Shown in pieces: positions 49,809 to 61,323 of a stretch of 64,000 nucleotides of DNA. The stretch spans positions 62,001-126,000 of the forward strand of contig QPMI01000401.1 of assembly GCA_004431415.1 (NCBI GenBank), given 5' to 3'. Made by a program: the position numbers and the translations under genes. The notes below the pieces were generated by a model. It was not told the origin of the DNA. It searched no databases and saw nothing but the letters and a program-made list of their open reading frames with translations. Every line of letters begins with the position of its first letter. The stretch's first letter is position 1. The DNA comes from Cyanophora paradoxa CCMP329. Taxonomy: Eukaryota; Plantae; Glaucophyta.

Positions 49809-50450
49809 ATGAGACATAAATCCTTTTATAACAAATTAGCGCGACTTTTTAGGCTTAAAGATAATGCAATCTGTAAATGTAACGAAAAAGTCGCAGACAA
49901 GCAGCTCGCTGCGCAGATGGAGGTCGTCATTTCTGATGTACCAGAGGGTGCTGCGTTGATTCCGTTAATGGGCATTCGCAATCGACGCAAAGTCATCGTC
50001 GCCTACGCTCTTGTGTCACAGGATGATGCTGAGCGTGTGCTCGGGTTCCGCTGGAGTTTGAAAAAGGGATATGTCAGAGCCAAGATCAATGGAAAAACCG
50101 TGTATTTGCATAATTTCATTGTTGGGAGACTTGAGAATGGGTTGACCGTTGATCATATTAATAATAACAAACTTGATAATAGACGCAAAAATTTGCGGCT
50201 TGCAACAGCTCGTCAGCAGAATCTTAACCGTGGTCAGCTGCGAAACAACACATCGGGTTTCATTGGTGTTTACTTCGATCAGCGAGATGGTAAATGGAAG
50301 GCAGAATATCATCTAAATGGCCGCAAAAAGACCATCGGTCGGTTTCAAACAGCAGAGGCTGCAGCTCATGCACGCGATGCATATGCCTTAGAACACACCA
50401 GCGAAGAGGACAAGCCATTCTTGCGGCTGAACTTCCCAGTTACCGTTTAA
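49809..50450 (+). CDS. HNH endonuclease with C-terminal AP2 domain (element A)
   Basis: TVDHINNNKLDNRRKNLRLAT (HNH) and NTSGFIGVYFDQRDGKWKAE...IGRFQTAEAAAHARD (AP2). Confidence 0.9.
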   Translation: MRHKSFYNKLARLFRLKDNAICKCNEKVADKQLAAQMEVVISDVPEGAALIPLMGIRNRRKVIVAYALVSQDDAERVLGFRWSLKKGYVRAKINGKTVYLHNFIVGRLENGLTVDHINNNKLDNRRKNLRLATARQQNLNRGQLRNNTSGFIGVYFDQRDGKWKAEYHLNGRKKTIGRFQTAEAAAHARDAYALEHTSEEDKPFLRLNFPVTV

Positions 50451-50483
50451 ATGAACGTCTTAAATGGCGTCATTATTTTTTAA

Positions 50484-50876
50484 ATGGAACTCGAATTCGA
50501 AACGGTAGAGGAAGAGTTGGATCTTGAAAATCCATGGCCTGGTAGGACTCAACTCTCACCAAGTCACTGCATCAGCTTCGGCATTTTCAAGGGCGCAAGC
50601 TATCTGTGGATCGCATCAGCACGTCCAGAATATACCGCTTGGTTGCTCAGACAGTCTTGGCTACCAGCTTTTGACCGGGCCGCTTTCTTGCGTGCACAAA
50701 GCGCAATAGAGCCGAAAAATCTCCAGAAGATTTATCAACAGAGTAGACGCGGTCCACGGTCGCGGCTTCAAATATCAAAACCTGATACGAATGACCCCAT
50801 TCAAGGAAAAGACGCATTAAAACTGCTCGACTCGCTCCGGCGTTGTATTCGGCAAAGACGCAATCGAACTCTTTAA
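50484..50876 (+). CDS. Small protein with DUF3820-like motif (element A)
   Basis: ISFGIFKGASYLWIASARPEYTAWL resembles the FGKYKG..YxxW motif; 3' part overlaps the ATPase antisense. Confidence 0.5.
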   Translation: MELEFETVEEELDLENPWPGRTQLSPSHCISFGIFKGASYLWIASARPEYTAWLLRQSWLPAFDRAAFLRAQSAIEPKNLQKIYQQSRRGPRSRLQISKPDTNDPIQGKDALKLLDSLRRCIRQRRNRTL

Positions 50877-51351
50877 TATTCGATAGAATCGACGAAAAGC
50901 ATACATATTCGCAATTTCGCCGAATCGTCGGACTAATGCCACATAGACGTTGTGTCGTGATAAAGAGCGATATATTGTAATGTCTTCCGCTAGTAAAAAG
51001 CTTTTGCATTAATCGGTCACTGTGGACGTTTACTAGGTCATTATCAAGCAAGTCATCTAAAACAATTGCTATTTTTCGATCATCTTTCTTGCGTCGTCTT
51101 TCTTTTTGACGTTCTAAAAGTTCTTCAACCAAAACTGTATCCCATTCTTCATAAATATTGCTCTTGCGAGTGGTATCGTCCCACTGTTCTGTAAATGCCG
51201 TTGTGCTGAAGACGTAAATATCGTCTAGCTGATTTGCTACAGCATTTAATACGTGTTTTACGTAGGTGCTTTTGCCCGAGTTGGTGGGGCCGACAAACAA
51301 GAACCGTTTAGGAAGTTTTACTTCTGCTGGATCAAACAATTTGATATCCAT
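50647..51351 (-). CDS. A32-like genome packaging ATPase (element A)
   Basis: GPTNSGKS, IVLDD, TSGRHYNISLFITTQ, IRRN; homologous to the B ATPase. Confidence 0.92.
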   Translation of the reverse strand: MDIKLFDPAEVKLPKRFLFVGPTNSGKSTYVKHVLNAVANQLDDIYVFSTTAFTEQWDDTTRKSNIYEEWDTVLVEELLERQKERRRKKDDRKIAIVLDDLLDNDLVNVHSDRLMQKLFTSGRHYNISLFITTQRLCGISPTIRRNCEYVCFSSILSNIKEFDCVFAEYNAGASRAVLMRLFLEWGHSYQVLIFEAATVDRVYSVDKSSGDFSALLRFVHARKRPGQKLVAKTV

Positions 51352-51352
51352 T

Positions 51353-52582
51353 TTAGAAGTTACTTACTTTTAGAGTCGACATTTGATATGAATTAATTAC
51401 GAGAACGTTGTGGCGCAGGACGTGAAAATCGACTACAGCTGGTGCGGTGTTTGTACATCCGGTGACAGTGAGGGAGCAGTAGCTGCTGCTTGAGTTGAAG
51501 AAGTCTGTGTAGCCGAGGACAGCGTTGTGGAGGGAGTCTTTGCCAGATTTCGAAAGCACAATACCATAGACATTTCCGTCTTCAAAACCAAGGGCTGAAT
51601 TACCAGTTGTTGCTCCGCGATATTGAGTTGGGATATGATAGCAGCTCGAAACAAATCCAGAGATTGGCTTATTACTGATATCGAGAGTGCGATTATTGTG
51701 CATGATCTCAAACGAATCAATCTTCAAAGCGTTACCGTTACCGGCAAATGAATTATGATTGCGAGTGCCCAGGTGATTCGCATTACGCACTGTCATCAGG
51801 ATCGCGTGCACAAGGCCGCTAACGTTAGCAAGGGATATTTCGACAGCGTTTCCTGCGTCGTCCGTCTTAAGCTGGCGTGAGCGCTTTGAAATGATTTCAG
51901 TAAAGGGAATTCTAATACCGCCAGACTCGTTCGCAGATTTTAGCATAGACTCTGCCTCTTCGCTAGGAATATTCACGAACTGACAAACCAGGGCACAATC
52001 CGTTAGAGTCGCAATAGCATCAGCAACAGTTCCAATCACACCAGCCGAACGGAAGTCAATCTCGACGGTTGGCATATCCGCAAGTGCTAGCAGAGGGAAA
52101 TATGAATTGTCCCAAAGCTGTGATGGGATCTTCAGCACGTACTCTCGGCTAGCATCGAGAATCTCTAGAGCTGCGTCTTTTCCAAAGCCGTAGCTGCTAG
52201 CAAAAGCTTGGGCGGATGCGACGCTGTTATCAATCAGTGCGTTCACTGTAAGCCAATCACCGGGAATTACCATTTTGAAGGAACCATGCACAAAGCGTAC
52301 GTTTTCAATAAATGCACCAGCACCATTAGGCAGCACCGAAGCGGCAGCTCCACCAGCGACTGTAACCTTAAAATATAGGGAAACACCGTTTAGAAGTTGC
52401 TTGCGCGGAAGGTCGAAAGCGGCAGTTTGTGCGAATCCGTATGAGTTACCTCGCGGACGGATTGTCTCAAGGAAAGGCTTAAACTTTGGGCTAACACCGA
52501 CAGTTAGACCTGGTGATAGATAAAGCTCGTTCGATCCTTTGGTTGTTAGGAGCTCTTTCAGAGTAGTTCCTGCTTGCGCCAT
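51353..52582 (-). CDS. Putative double jelly-roll major capsid protein (element A)
   Basis: 409 aa, colinear with the B protein (52 of the first 73 residues identical by manual count; both end STLKVSNF). Confidence 0.8.
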   Translation of the reverse strand: MAQAGTTLKELLTTKGSNELYLSPGLTVGVSPKFKPFLETIRPRGNSYGFAQTAAFDLPRKQLLNGVSLYFKVTVAGGAAASVLPNGAGAFIENVRFVHGSFKMVIPGDWLTVNALIDNSVASAQAFASSYGFGKDAALEILDASREYVLKIPSQLWDNSYFPLLALADMPTVEIDFRSAGVIGTVADAIATLTDCALVCQFVNIPSEEAESMLKSANESGGIRIPFTEIISKRSRQLKTDDAGNAVEISLANVSGLVHAILMTVRNANHLGTRNHNSFAGNGNALKIDSFEIMHNNRTLDISNKPISGFVSSCYHIPTQYRGATTGNSALGFEDGNVYGIVLSKSGKDSLHNAVLGYTDFFNSSSSYCSLTVTGCTNTAPAVVDFHVLRHNVLVINSYQMSTLKVSNF

Positions 52583-52626
52583 TTGATATTATATTACAGA
52601 ATATTTTCACGTATATTGTTGTAAAG

Positions 52627-53502
52627 ATGAAACTCCGCGTAAATGTTGATTCTAGAGATCGGTTCGAAGGCACGTCCTCGAATTTCAAAATTAATCTGCC
52701 TCGGGCGCTAGCAAACGTGAAGTCGGCTAGAATTGAATCGCTAGAACTTTTTCACAATATGTATAATCTAGCTGCTGATGCTTCAATAACAACCATTACG
52801 CTCGATCCTAGCAACGTCATTAAAACCAGAACGAACCTATTTCGAGCTGGATCATATACTCCAACATCTCTTACGAATTATATGAATGTTCTTTTGAAAA
52901 CACAACAATACAGTTATTTGGGGAGTACTTACCAGCGAAAGTTCTTAACAGTTTTTGATGATGTGTCAATGAAAATCACCATCTTGTGTGAATCGGAGTT
53001 TACTCTAACGTTTTCAACTCTTGAACTCGCAAATCTGCTCGGCTTCACAAAGGCTGTTACAGAATCTGCAGAACAGCTAGATACTCCAATCACAGTTGAT
53101 GCTGTTGATTATGCGTTTGCTATCGTTGGCGATATACCTGTTGATCTTCTTTATCATACTTATCTCTTCCTACATATCGATCAGATTCGTGGTTCGATTC
53201 ACACAATAAATAACTGGACAAACACATCGTTGGCAAAGATTCATATCGATGCGAAATTTGGAGAGCTAATCAAATATACATCTGATGAACGTGTTCCTGT
53301 TTCCGTCGATCATAATTCTGAGTTAGAACAACTTGATGTGTCAATACGTTATTTTAATGGATTTACTGCAGCTATTAACACTGAATTCTCATTCGTTATC
53401 GAGTTCGAAATTGAAGATTCTTCATACACAAAGGCATCACTTCGCTCGTCAATCAGAAACACAGATAGTGAGTTTCATCCGTTTGATCGCAGTTTTGCTT
53501 AA
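52627..53502 (+). CDS. Putative minor capsid (penton) protein (element A)
   Basis: VNVDSRDR...NFKINLP...LELFHNMYN; homologous to 36107-37006. Confidence 0.75.
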   Translation: MKLRVNVDSRDRFEGTSSNFKINLPRALANVKSARIESLELFHNMYNLAADASITTITLDPSNVIKTRTNLFRAGSYTPTSLTNYMNVLLKTQQYSYLGSTYQRKFLTVFDDVSMKITILCESEFTLTFSTLELANLLGFTKAVTESAEQLDTPITVDAVDYAFAIVGDIPVDLLYHTYLFLHIDQIRGSIHTINNWTNTSLAKIHIDAKFGELIKYTSDERVPVSVDHNSELEQLDVSIRYFNGFTAAINTEFSFVIEFEIEDSSYTKASLRSSIRNTDSEFHPFDRSFA

Positions 53503-53572
53503 ATTCACTTTCGCGAATGCGCAGCCGAGGCAGCTTGTCTGTCGACTTTTTTCTGTTCCTTATTTAAAACAA

Positions 53573-54175
53573 ATGTCTTCTAGAAAACTTACAAACTCAC
53601 CCAATAAAAAGAATAATATTGAATTTTTGAGCGGTGATACTGAATCCTATCCTTTAGTTCGTCGGACTGCTGGTGGTGAGGGTGCGTCTATCGATTTTGC
53701 TCTTACTGCCGACGAAAACGCTATTCTAGATAAGATCCCAAATTCGCGGACAAAGAAAAGCAAAACTAGTAAACTGAAGGATACTGACGATGGTCCGCTG
53801 TATGTATCAGAGACTGGTAATCGTAGCAGATATTTCATTAAAACAGTGACTGGGTTGAAAACAATTTCAAAGAAGCGTGCTGGTGATCTTATTGCTGGTA
53901 TAGCGGTTGAGACTAAAATGGAAAACAAGATTTTAAACGAACCGATTGCTAAGACCAAAATTGATAAAAAGCTTTCTCCTCCATCATCTGCTGTTCCTGC
54001 TAAGACGATCGTCGCAATCCCCGAGGTGGATGAGAATGCTAGCGAATTACCTGTAGCAAACACATCGATCTTGCGCATCGCCTCTAGCAGCGCTGATCCT
54101 GTCGGGCCGTCGATCGAATACAAACCAATGTTAAGTGGTTTCACTAAACTTGGACTACGTCATCGGTGGGAATAA
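53573..54175 (+). CDS. Basic protein of unknown function, possibly virion core (element A)
   Basis: Homologous to 37043-37792; ATG at 53573; last codons lie inside the right TIR. Confidence 0.7.
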   Translation: MSSRKLTNSPNKKNNIEFLSGDTESYPLVRRTAGGEGASIDFALTADENAILDKIPNSRTKKSKTSKLKDTDDGPLYVSETGNRSRYFIKTVTGLKTISKKRAGDLIAGIAVETKMENKILNEPIAKTKIDKKLSPPSSAVPAKTIVAIPEVDENASELPVANTSILRIASSSADPVGPSIEYKPMLSGFTKLGLRHRWE

Positions 54176-54569
54176 TTAGCGTCTAGCTAGAACCTGAACT
54201 CGAGTATGTAATTAGATTCCGATGATATAGTAATTACGTGTAGCATAACCCTTGAAACCTCTTTGTTTTTTAGATTCGAAATACACACAATTAACGTCTA
54301 GATGATGTTGAAGATTATTCCGAGACCAGCGCTTTGGGGGTCCGCCTAAAATTACTGCTATATCTTTTGCAAGATCGATCGGACTAGACGTTAGATACTA
54401 CCTAGCGGTTGCTTGATGGTTGGTTTGGATAGGTTGTGGGGTAGACGTAACGAAGGATTGGAAGAGTGTGTGGGTTGGAAGGCGTTGGAGTGTGTGGGTT
54501 GGGGTGGTTTGGAGGAGTGAGGGTGGTGAAGAGGTGCGGGCCACAGAATCAGGTCCTCTCTCATTTTTT
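54144..54569 (-). repeat. Element A right TIR (426 bp, uninterrupted)
   Basis: Reverse complement of 32503-32669 joined to 44095-44352. Confidence 0.95.
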
Positions 54570-56688
54570 CACAATCGTTGAATCATGATCATGAGCCCCG
54601 TGCACGTGGTGCCGGCTCCGCGGCCACGTGCACAGTCGCCGGGCCGGTCACGATCATTGGATCCGGACCGTGTGCAAGCTCGAGGCTGCAGCTGATCATG
54701 ATATCGATCATGAGCCCTGGCATGGCAGCCTGGCGGGCTCTGAGCTCGAGCCGCACCCGAGATTCCAAGCTTGCCAAGTTGCTTAAGCTTCAGCTTGAGC
54801 TTGTGCATACTTGGCCGGGACAATATTGAGCCCACCAGGGCCAGTACCCCATATATAGCCACCGTGGCACTGCAGCCTAGGGCACCGCAAAATTCGCACC
54901 GGCCCTCGCCGGTACTGCCGGGCGCCAGGCCAGCTGCACGCTGAGACTCGAGCACTCTGCCTGGCGGCGAACCCTTGAAAGCTTGATCTTTAAACCTCTT
55001 CGAATTTTCGGATCCCTCGGGATTCTAAAGCAAGCACCGCGGACGGTGCTAGCACGAAGGGGGAGTGACGTGAATTTTAAAGCGAGCTTGAGCGGCACGA
55101 GCCGCATGTGAATGGGCATGCACAAAATCGAACGGCAAGCCCCAAAGGCGTACCTTCAAGGCCCTGGGGCGACCCCGGCCTTCAGCTTGCCGAATTCGGA
55201 GCACTGCGGCACGGGCCCCTCGATCGGCCCTAGGCCTCTCCGCGCAATTGCAAGCTTCTTCGATCCGTGCTCCGCGCCGGCACCAAGCTTCATCCGAATT
55301 GGATGTGCCAGCCAAAAGTACTACGGTACAGCCTCGATCGAACTCGAAGCCGGCGCTGTTGAGCCGCAAACCAGGCGCCAGCCGGCCCCGGTGCTTAGCG
55401 GACGTCGACGGCAGTCTTGAGCTCAGGACTCCTGTCCGGGCGAGACGATTCTCGCGCCCTCAAGCTGTTGATCAGGATCCGATGATCCGGAGCCCGGCCC
55501 AATCTCAAAGGCGTGTCACGGAAGCTGGCCCCGTGGACAGTGCCCACACGTGCCCCGGCCCATCGCCAAATCGCCGCTAAGTGCAAAAGAGCTCGCGATC
55601 GCCGCAATCGGCCGCCCGGCGCCCGACCAACCACAGCCGGCAGCTGCAGGCAGCCCCCGCCGCCAGGGGTCAGAGGCCTCGGCTCGCACTTGAGCTCTCG
55701 ATTGTCGCGGCCCGGCTCTGAGACCCGAGAAATCACAGTGGGCTCGGCCCGCCTCTGAGGCCCGTGCACGGCCCGGATTGCAGTGAGCTCGAGCTCGAGT
55801 TGCAATTGGCCACACGTGTGGAGCGCGCGACCGGCCCGACCGTCGGATGCCATGATGGGTACGGGCCAGGCCCCAGCCCCACTGGACCAAGGGTCGCAAT
55901 CGACTATGGCCAGTCACGAGGGCGGCCCTAGCCCCGCCAGCTCAGCGGCTGCAGACTGATGCACAACTCTCTGAGTCTGTGCACTGCGTGCATGCACTGC
56001 GGCAGACGTGCACGTGTATACACCCGTACGGGGCACGTGCACCCCCGAAGTACGGCACATATACAGGCTTAAGTGCTTTCGCAGCAAAACTCCTTCGGGA
56101 TCTCGCCTGCGAAATCGGGAATTCCGCCCCGCACGAGCCTTGCCGATCGCGAGTCACTGAGTGAAGCCCCTCCAGCCAGTGCTCAGGACCTCGCAATCGC
56201 GATCTGCCCCCTGCAACACCGATCGCGATTGGAATCCACATACTTCCGAATTTACTGTCAAGCGAAATCGCGAGCCTCAAATTCGGGCTTCGCGAATCGC
56301 TTTACTAAGTTAGATTCGCAACTCGAACTCGGCGGAGCATGGATCCGGACCGCAATTAAGATATTGCGAACTCACGCCAAAGGCTGATCTTTCTTTACGG
56401 GTTCGCATTCTTTGCTCTGATCCGATGATCACGAGCACCGCGGCACAATTGCAAGCTTCCGATCCCCGGGCCTCGGTCACACGAGCTGCTGCCCCAGCAG
56501 CCCGCGGGCCTGGCCCGAGGCGCCCGGCGCGGTGGCCGGCGGGGCCCAGCGGCTGGTCATGAGCGCGCTGCGCGGCATGCCTCTCGCTCCGGATCCGGAT
56601 CCACGCCGCGGCGCCTCCATCTGCAGCTGCACATGCCCTGCTGCCCCGTCCCGGCCTGCATATGCATGCGCAGCGGCCGCCGCCTGTC

Positions 56689-56787
56689 TCGCGGGAGACA
56701 GCGCTAGCTTCCCCCACGGCGGCCCGGCCCTGCGACCTCGCGGGAGACAGCGCTATCTTCCCCCACGGCGGCCCGACCCTGCGACCT
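56689..56787 (+). repeat. Two-copy ~49-bp tandem repeat
   Basis: cgcgggagacagcgcta(g/t)cttcccccacggcggcccg(g/a)ccctgcgacct twice. Confidence 0.8.
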
Positions 56788-59700
56788 GGCAAATTTTCGC
56801 GACCGGAATGAGGGCCCGTGGCCACTGGGTCATCCGAAGCCGGAGGGCACAGAGCTCGCACAGCCGCGCGAGCTCGAGTACCTGTTCAAGGCGAGGCAAC
56901 GTGCAACCCGCGCGGGCCCAGCGCCTCGGCACGTGCAGCCGGGCGCCTGGCGGCCGCGGTCGTGGCCCCGTCGACGTCGGCTCCGGACACGATCGAGCTC
57001 GACCGCGAGGTCCGGCGCCCCGCGGCCCTGGTCCGGTCCCAATTCGAAATTCATGATCACAGCCGATCGCGAGGCCCTAGCCCTGCAGCCCAGCCTGCCG
57101 GGCTGAGTCCGATGGTCCTGGCACTCGGAGGCTCACGGCCTCAGGCCTAGGGCCCGAGTATACGTACCAGACCCACTAGGCCAAAGCTGAGTGCTACGGT
57201 ACTACGTATACGCCGCTGAGTGACCATGCATATGGCCACCGCCGGGCTGGAAGGGCCGCGCAAGCGGACTGCAGCTGTCGGGCGTAACCGTCCTTATCCG
57301 CCGCGCCCGGCACCCGGCGGCCTCGAGCCTCGGAGCTCGAACGCAGCCCCTCTAGATCTGCTGCTGCTCTCTTATTATCATAACATCGCGCCCCATGCCG
57401 CACAAAGGCCTGCGGGTGGCCAGGCGCATGCATATGGCGACCTCCATGATCACGGTCCCAATGCACCGCGGCGCCCCATGGCCAGTATTGGCGTAGCCGC
57501 GAGCGAACCCGCGGCCCATTGCTCAGGCCCGAGCTCGAGCCTGCAATAGCACCTCGGTCGCAAGCAATGGCCGTGGGCGGCACCGCGCCCAGATCCTTCT
57601 CGCGCTGCGGTTGCGCGATCGATATCGGCCGGGCCGATCGTCAGAACGACTGGGCGAGTTTGAATTCGAACACGCGCGCACGTCCAGAACGCCGTGATCA
57701 TGATGGGCGCTAGCTCGGAGTCGATAAAGCGGAAATTGAGGCCTAGGCCCGAGTCGAATGACGCTCGCACTCGCGCAAGCCCCGCGAACGGAGCATGCGA
57801 AGTCGTGATTGCAGGCGGACCTCTCGCCTTACAGGCTTCGCCGGGCGGGCGACCCAAGCTGGGCTCCCAGCCCCACCGGGCCGGGGCACCCCCACGCCGT
57901 CGGCCCTGCGAAAAACAAACGGCCACAGCCGCACCGTGAAGACGTCGACCCGCTTCGCAAATTTGCGGTCACGGTCGATCACCGGATTTCCGCAGTTCGC
58001 GATGCTGGGCCGCACACAATTGCAATGAATTATAATCGGCGCCCTGTGGCCCCCCCGACGACCTTTTGAAACGCGACCTGGTCGTGTACTCTCGACGGGA
58101 CCGATCGCGACCCATGGCCGCTCGCCTAGAGAGGCCGAGGCCAAGCGTCGACCCGAGTGTATATGTATGAGCGAGCGTAGCCGCTGCGTTGCACGGCGCC
58201 GGCGGGCCCCGGCGGCCGCCGCTGATCATGATCATGCATATGATCATGACCTCTACGAACGTTGGCTCTAGCCGATCGCGACCCGCGGCCGCGAGCCCAC
58301 TTGGTTCGAAATCCGAGCGCGCGCGGTCCGGGGATCCCACTGCCGCAGGGCGGCTAGCTGTCACCTTGCAATTTTGCAATCGCCTTCCCCACGCGTACGC
58401 GGCAAGCGTGGGCCTCGCTATCGACCCCGGCCCACAGCATCGATGTCGCACATGTACATCGATGACGAAGCCGCGGACACAGCATGTGCCCGCAGTGACT
58501 TCTCAGAGCTCGCGATCGAGGCTGCAGCTGCGCCCACGGCCCCGCGGCACGCGTATAGTACGCCGGTGCCCGATCGATACATGAGATCGACTGCGCTGAG
58601 CCACGCACGGCATTCTCTGCCAAAGCAGCTCAGCAGCTACGCGCCGGCACGCAGCCTGGCCGATCATGGCCCAGTGGCAGGGCCGCCGGGCGCTGCGACA
58701 GGCACCCACCGTGGCACGTCGAGCTGCGCTACCGAGCGCAGACTCCGACTCGGCGAGGCTCACCTAGGCCTGCCTGCACCAGGCAGCCGGTACTCTGCGA
58801 ACGGTGCTGTCGGTGCCAGCACGCAAAGGGCATTGCTGAAGGTCGGAACCTGCGGATCGGTTCGCTACCGTGGCACATTCGGCGAACTTTTTGAAACGCC
58901 GGTCATGCCATGATGGCCGCCGCGCGCACTGCGGCACGGCGCGGCCCTCGGCCTCGCGGCCTCGCCCGCGAAACGCGGTCACAATTGCACGCTGAAGGCG
59001 GGCGGACCCGGTCGCCAGCCGCCGAGCTTTTTTTGAAGCCTGTGCATGCAGCCCGCAGTCCGACCCGCCTCGCGAAAATGTTTTGCGAGAACGCGGATGC
59101 GAGATGCGAAAACGCGGATATGCGTGCGAGATCTAGAAGGCTGCAAAGCCTAGGCCTGCGCAGCGATGCACTTGCCATGCATATGGCCATGGCTATGATG
59201 CTCTAGATCCGCGGCCCGGAGGCGCCCAAATTCGAAAGGGCCGAATTCGGAACCCGCAACCGCGGCCGCAGCCGCAGCTCCCGGCCCAGTGCTGCATACG
59301 GTGTACTTGTCACGGACTGAAGCCCACGGTCGTGAGCCCCAGTTCGCAAGCTAAGGCCCGAGGCCGCGTGCACAGCAACCGATTTCGGAAAGCGGTCTGC
59401 CTAGCTGGCCATGGCATGCTTGAACTAGCCAGCTTTGGATTCTCGATCCGGAACCCGCTAAGAGGCAGCGCTTAAGCTCGCCATTGCGAGCATTACGGCA
59501 TGCATCGTGACCATATGCATGGCATCAGGTTGTCGGCACGATGCTCGCGATCGCGCGCACGGCCACTGGCCCCGACCGGCCCCGCTCCTGGCCTTCGGCC
59601 CCATGGCCCCATGGCGGCCTTCGACTCCGCGTCGTTCGCGGCCCCTGCAATCTTGCGACGCGTGCTCAGCCGCCATGGCCGCGGGCAGCCGCGCTCGGTG

Positions 59701-61139
59701 CGCTTGTACGTGCATGCCGCCGCCGGCCGCAGGCCCAGCGACCTCGATCCACGGCCCCGCACGCGATCGCGGGGGCGTCCACGCCGCCGGCGCGAAACAT
59801 TTTCGCACCGGTACCGGACGTTGATCCTGCGCGAATCACCCCGCGTCGCCCGTGATTAGGATCCGGAGCCGCGAACGTCGAACCTTGAACTCGGAAGTGC
59901 TACGGCGCGGCCGCCGGGCCCGGGGCGACTTTATGACCATACGCATGCGAGTGCGCGTGGCCATGCCATGCATATGATGCCCGCGGAGCCAGCGACCATG
60001 CACGAATACCGTAGCACGTCAATCCCGGGATCCGGTCCCGCGATCAAGCTACGACGCTGCAGCACGGAATTGAGGCGTAGGCTACACGGACCGCCGTGAG
60101 AAGGCCGACCGTGCAAGCAAATTAAAGCTGATTTCGTGCTCGTGTGGCGGTGAAGCTTGCATTCTGCCCGGCGCCTCGGCGCATGCAGTTTTGCGCGGAC
60201 ACGGCACCTGCCCTGTCACAGTGTCGCGCGGACACGGCGCCTGAACATGGCCGGGGGATCCGCCGCGTGGCGCAGAGGACCGTCGGGCCTTACTTCAGCC
60301 CCGTGGCTTGGTCATTTGAGCCCACAAATTAATGTGGGACCGAACTCGATACCATACTCGATTTTACGATTATATATATCGATTTCGCACCCGACGTTGG
60401 CGACGTCGACCCGGGATCTTATTCCCGGCAGAGGCGCGCCCCCGGTCGACGTCACCAGTTTGGCAATGGCGCCCCGGCCACTGGACCATGGCGCTCCGGC
60501 GCCTGGCCTGCAGCCGCGAAAAGCGGATGCACGTGCCAATAGACACCGGCGTACACAGCCAGAGCGCTTCGCGCGCAGTCGTGTGCTGAAAGCTTGGTCC
60601 AGACCGTCGGACCTTGAGCTTAAGCTTGATCGGCGCGCGTTCGAACCTCGACGCTCAGTGCCCTCAAGCTCGGGTCCCATCCAAAAGCAAAGGGGCATAT
60701 GACGGGCCCTGCGATGCGCCCGGGCTCGGAACAATCGTAGCCGGCTGTCGCAATCGTCCGGTAGCCACGACTCGACGCCGAACTCAGAACCAAAGCCAAA
60801 ACCAACTCAACTCGCTCTGGCTCCGCTGCTTACGCTCGCCCCTCGATCGAGTACGAATCGAGAAGGGCAACAGCTGCAGCTCGGAACGCCGTGAAATTTA
60901 TAGCGACAGAGAGACGGTCATGGTTGTGCATGGTCACGCCATCGCACCGCACTTTCAGGCTGCGTTCGCAAAATTCCTCTGGACAGCCACGTGCACGCCG
61001 CCCCGATCCAATCACGGACCCTCGCGGCCCCAGTGAGCGAGACTTTTCGCGAATTCGCATAAAACCTTGAAGGTGGAGCACCGGGGACGGTGCTTAACCG
61101 AAGAGGGAGTGGCATCGGGAGCAGTTCGCCCTGTTACGG

Positions 61140-61323
61140 CTCCCGCTCTTCAGCGGAAGAGGAGTACATGCACAGGCACCCGCTCCCGCTCTTCAGCGGA
61201 AGAGGAGTACGTGCACAGGCACTCGAGCCAGAGGCCACCTCTTGGTTCAACGCCAGAGCGCTTCCCAATCGGCGCGCGTAGGCCTGCCACGCCCCGGCTT
61301 CCCCTCTTCAGCGGAAGAGGAGT
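61140..61323 (+). repeat. Short repeats containing the hairpin CTCTTC-AGCG-GAAGAG
   Basis: Two 43-bp tandem units (61140, 61183) and a third partial copy near 61302. Confidence 0.75.

Larger units (their letters stand above)
32503..54569. mobile_element. Element A: Polinton-like endogenous virus (10.6 kb without the nested element), pPolB type
   Basis: Termini AAAAAATGAGAGAGG...CCTCTCTCATTTTTT, 6-bp TSD CACAAT (32497-32502, 54570-54575); encodes pPolB, rve integrase, packaging ATPase, capsid proteins; AT-rich versus host. Confidence 0.95.

Noticed and set aside
53333-53572. N-terminal extension of the last ORF of element A
   Set aside because: Non-ATG start overlapping the penton gene; ATG 53573 gives a protein comparable to the B homologue
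32503-54569. Reading the island as one 22-kb Polinton with internal duplication, or as contamination
   Set aside because: Two independent TIR pairs and TSDs show nested insertion, paralogues are well diverged, and the outer TSD ties the island to flanking DNA
61140-61323. Hairpin-containing repeats as a mini CRISPR array
   Set aside because: Only 2-3 copies, intervening sequence is duplicated rather than unique, no cas genes, eukaryotic context
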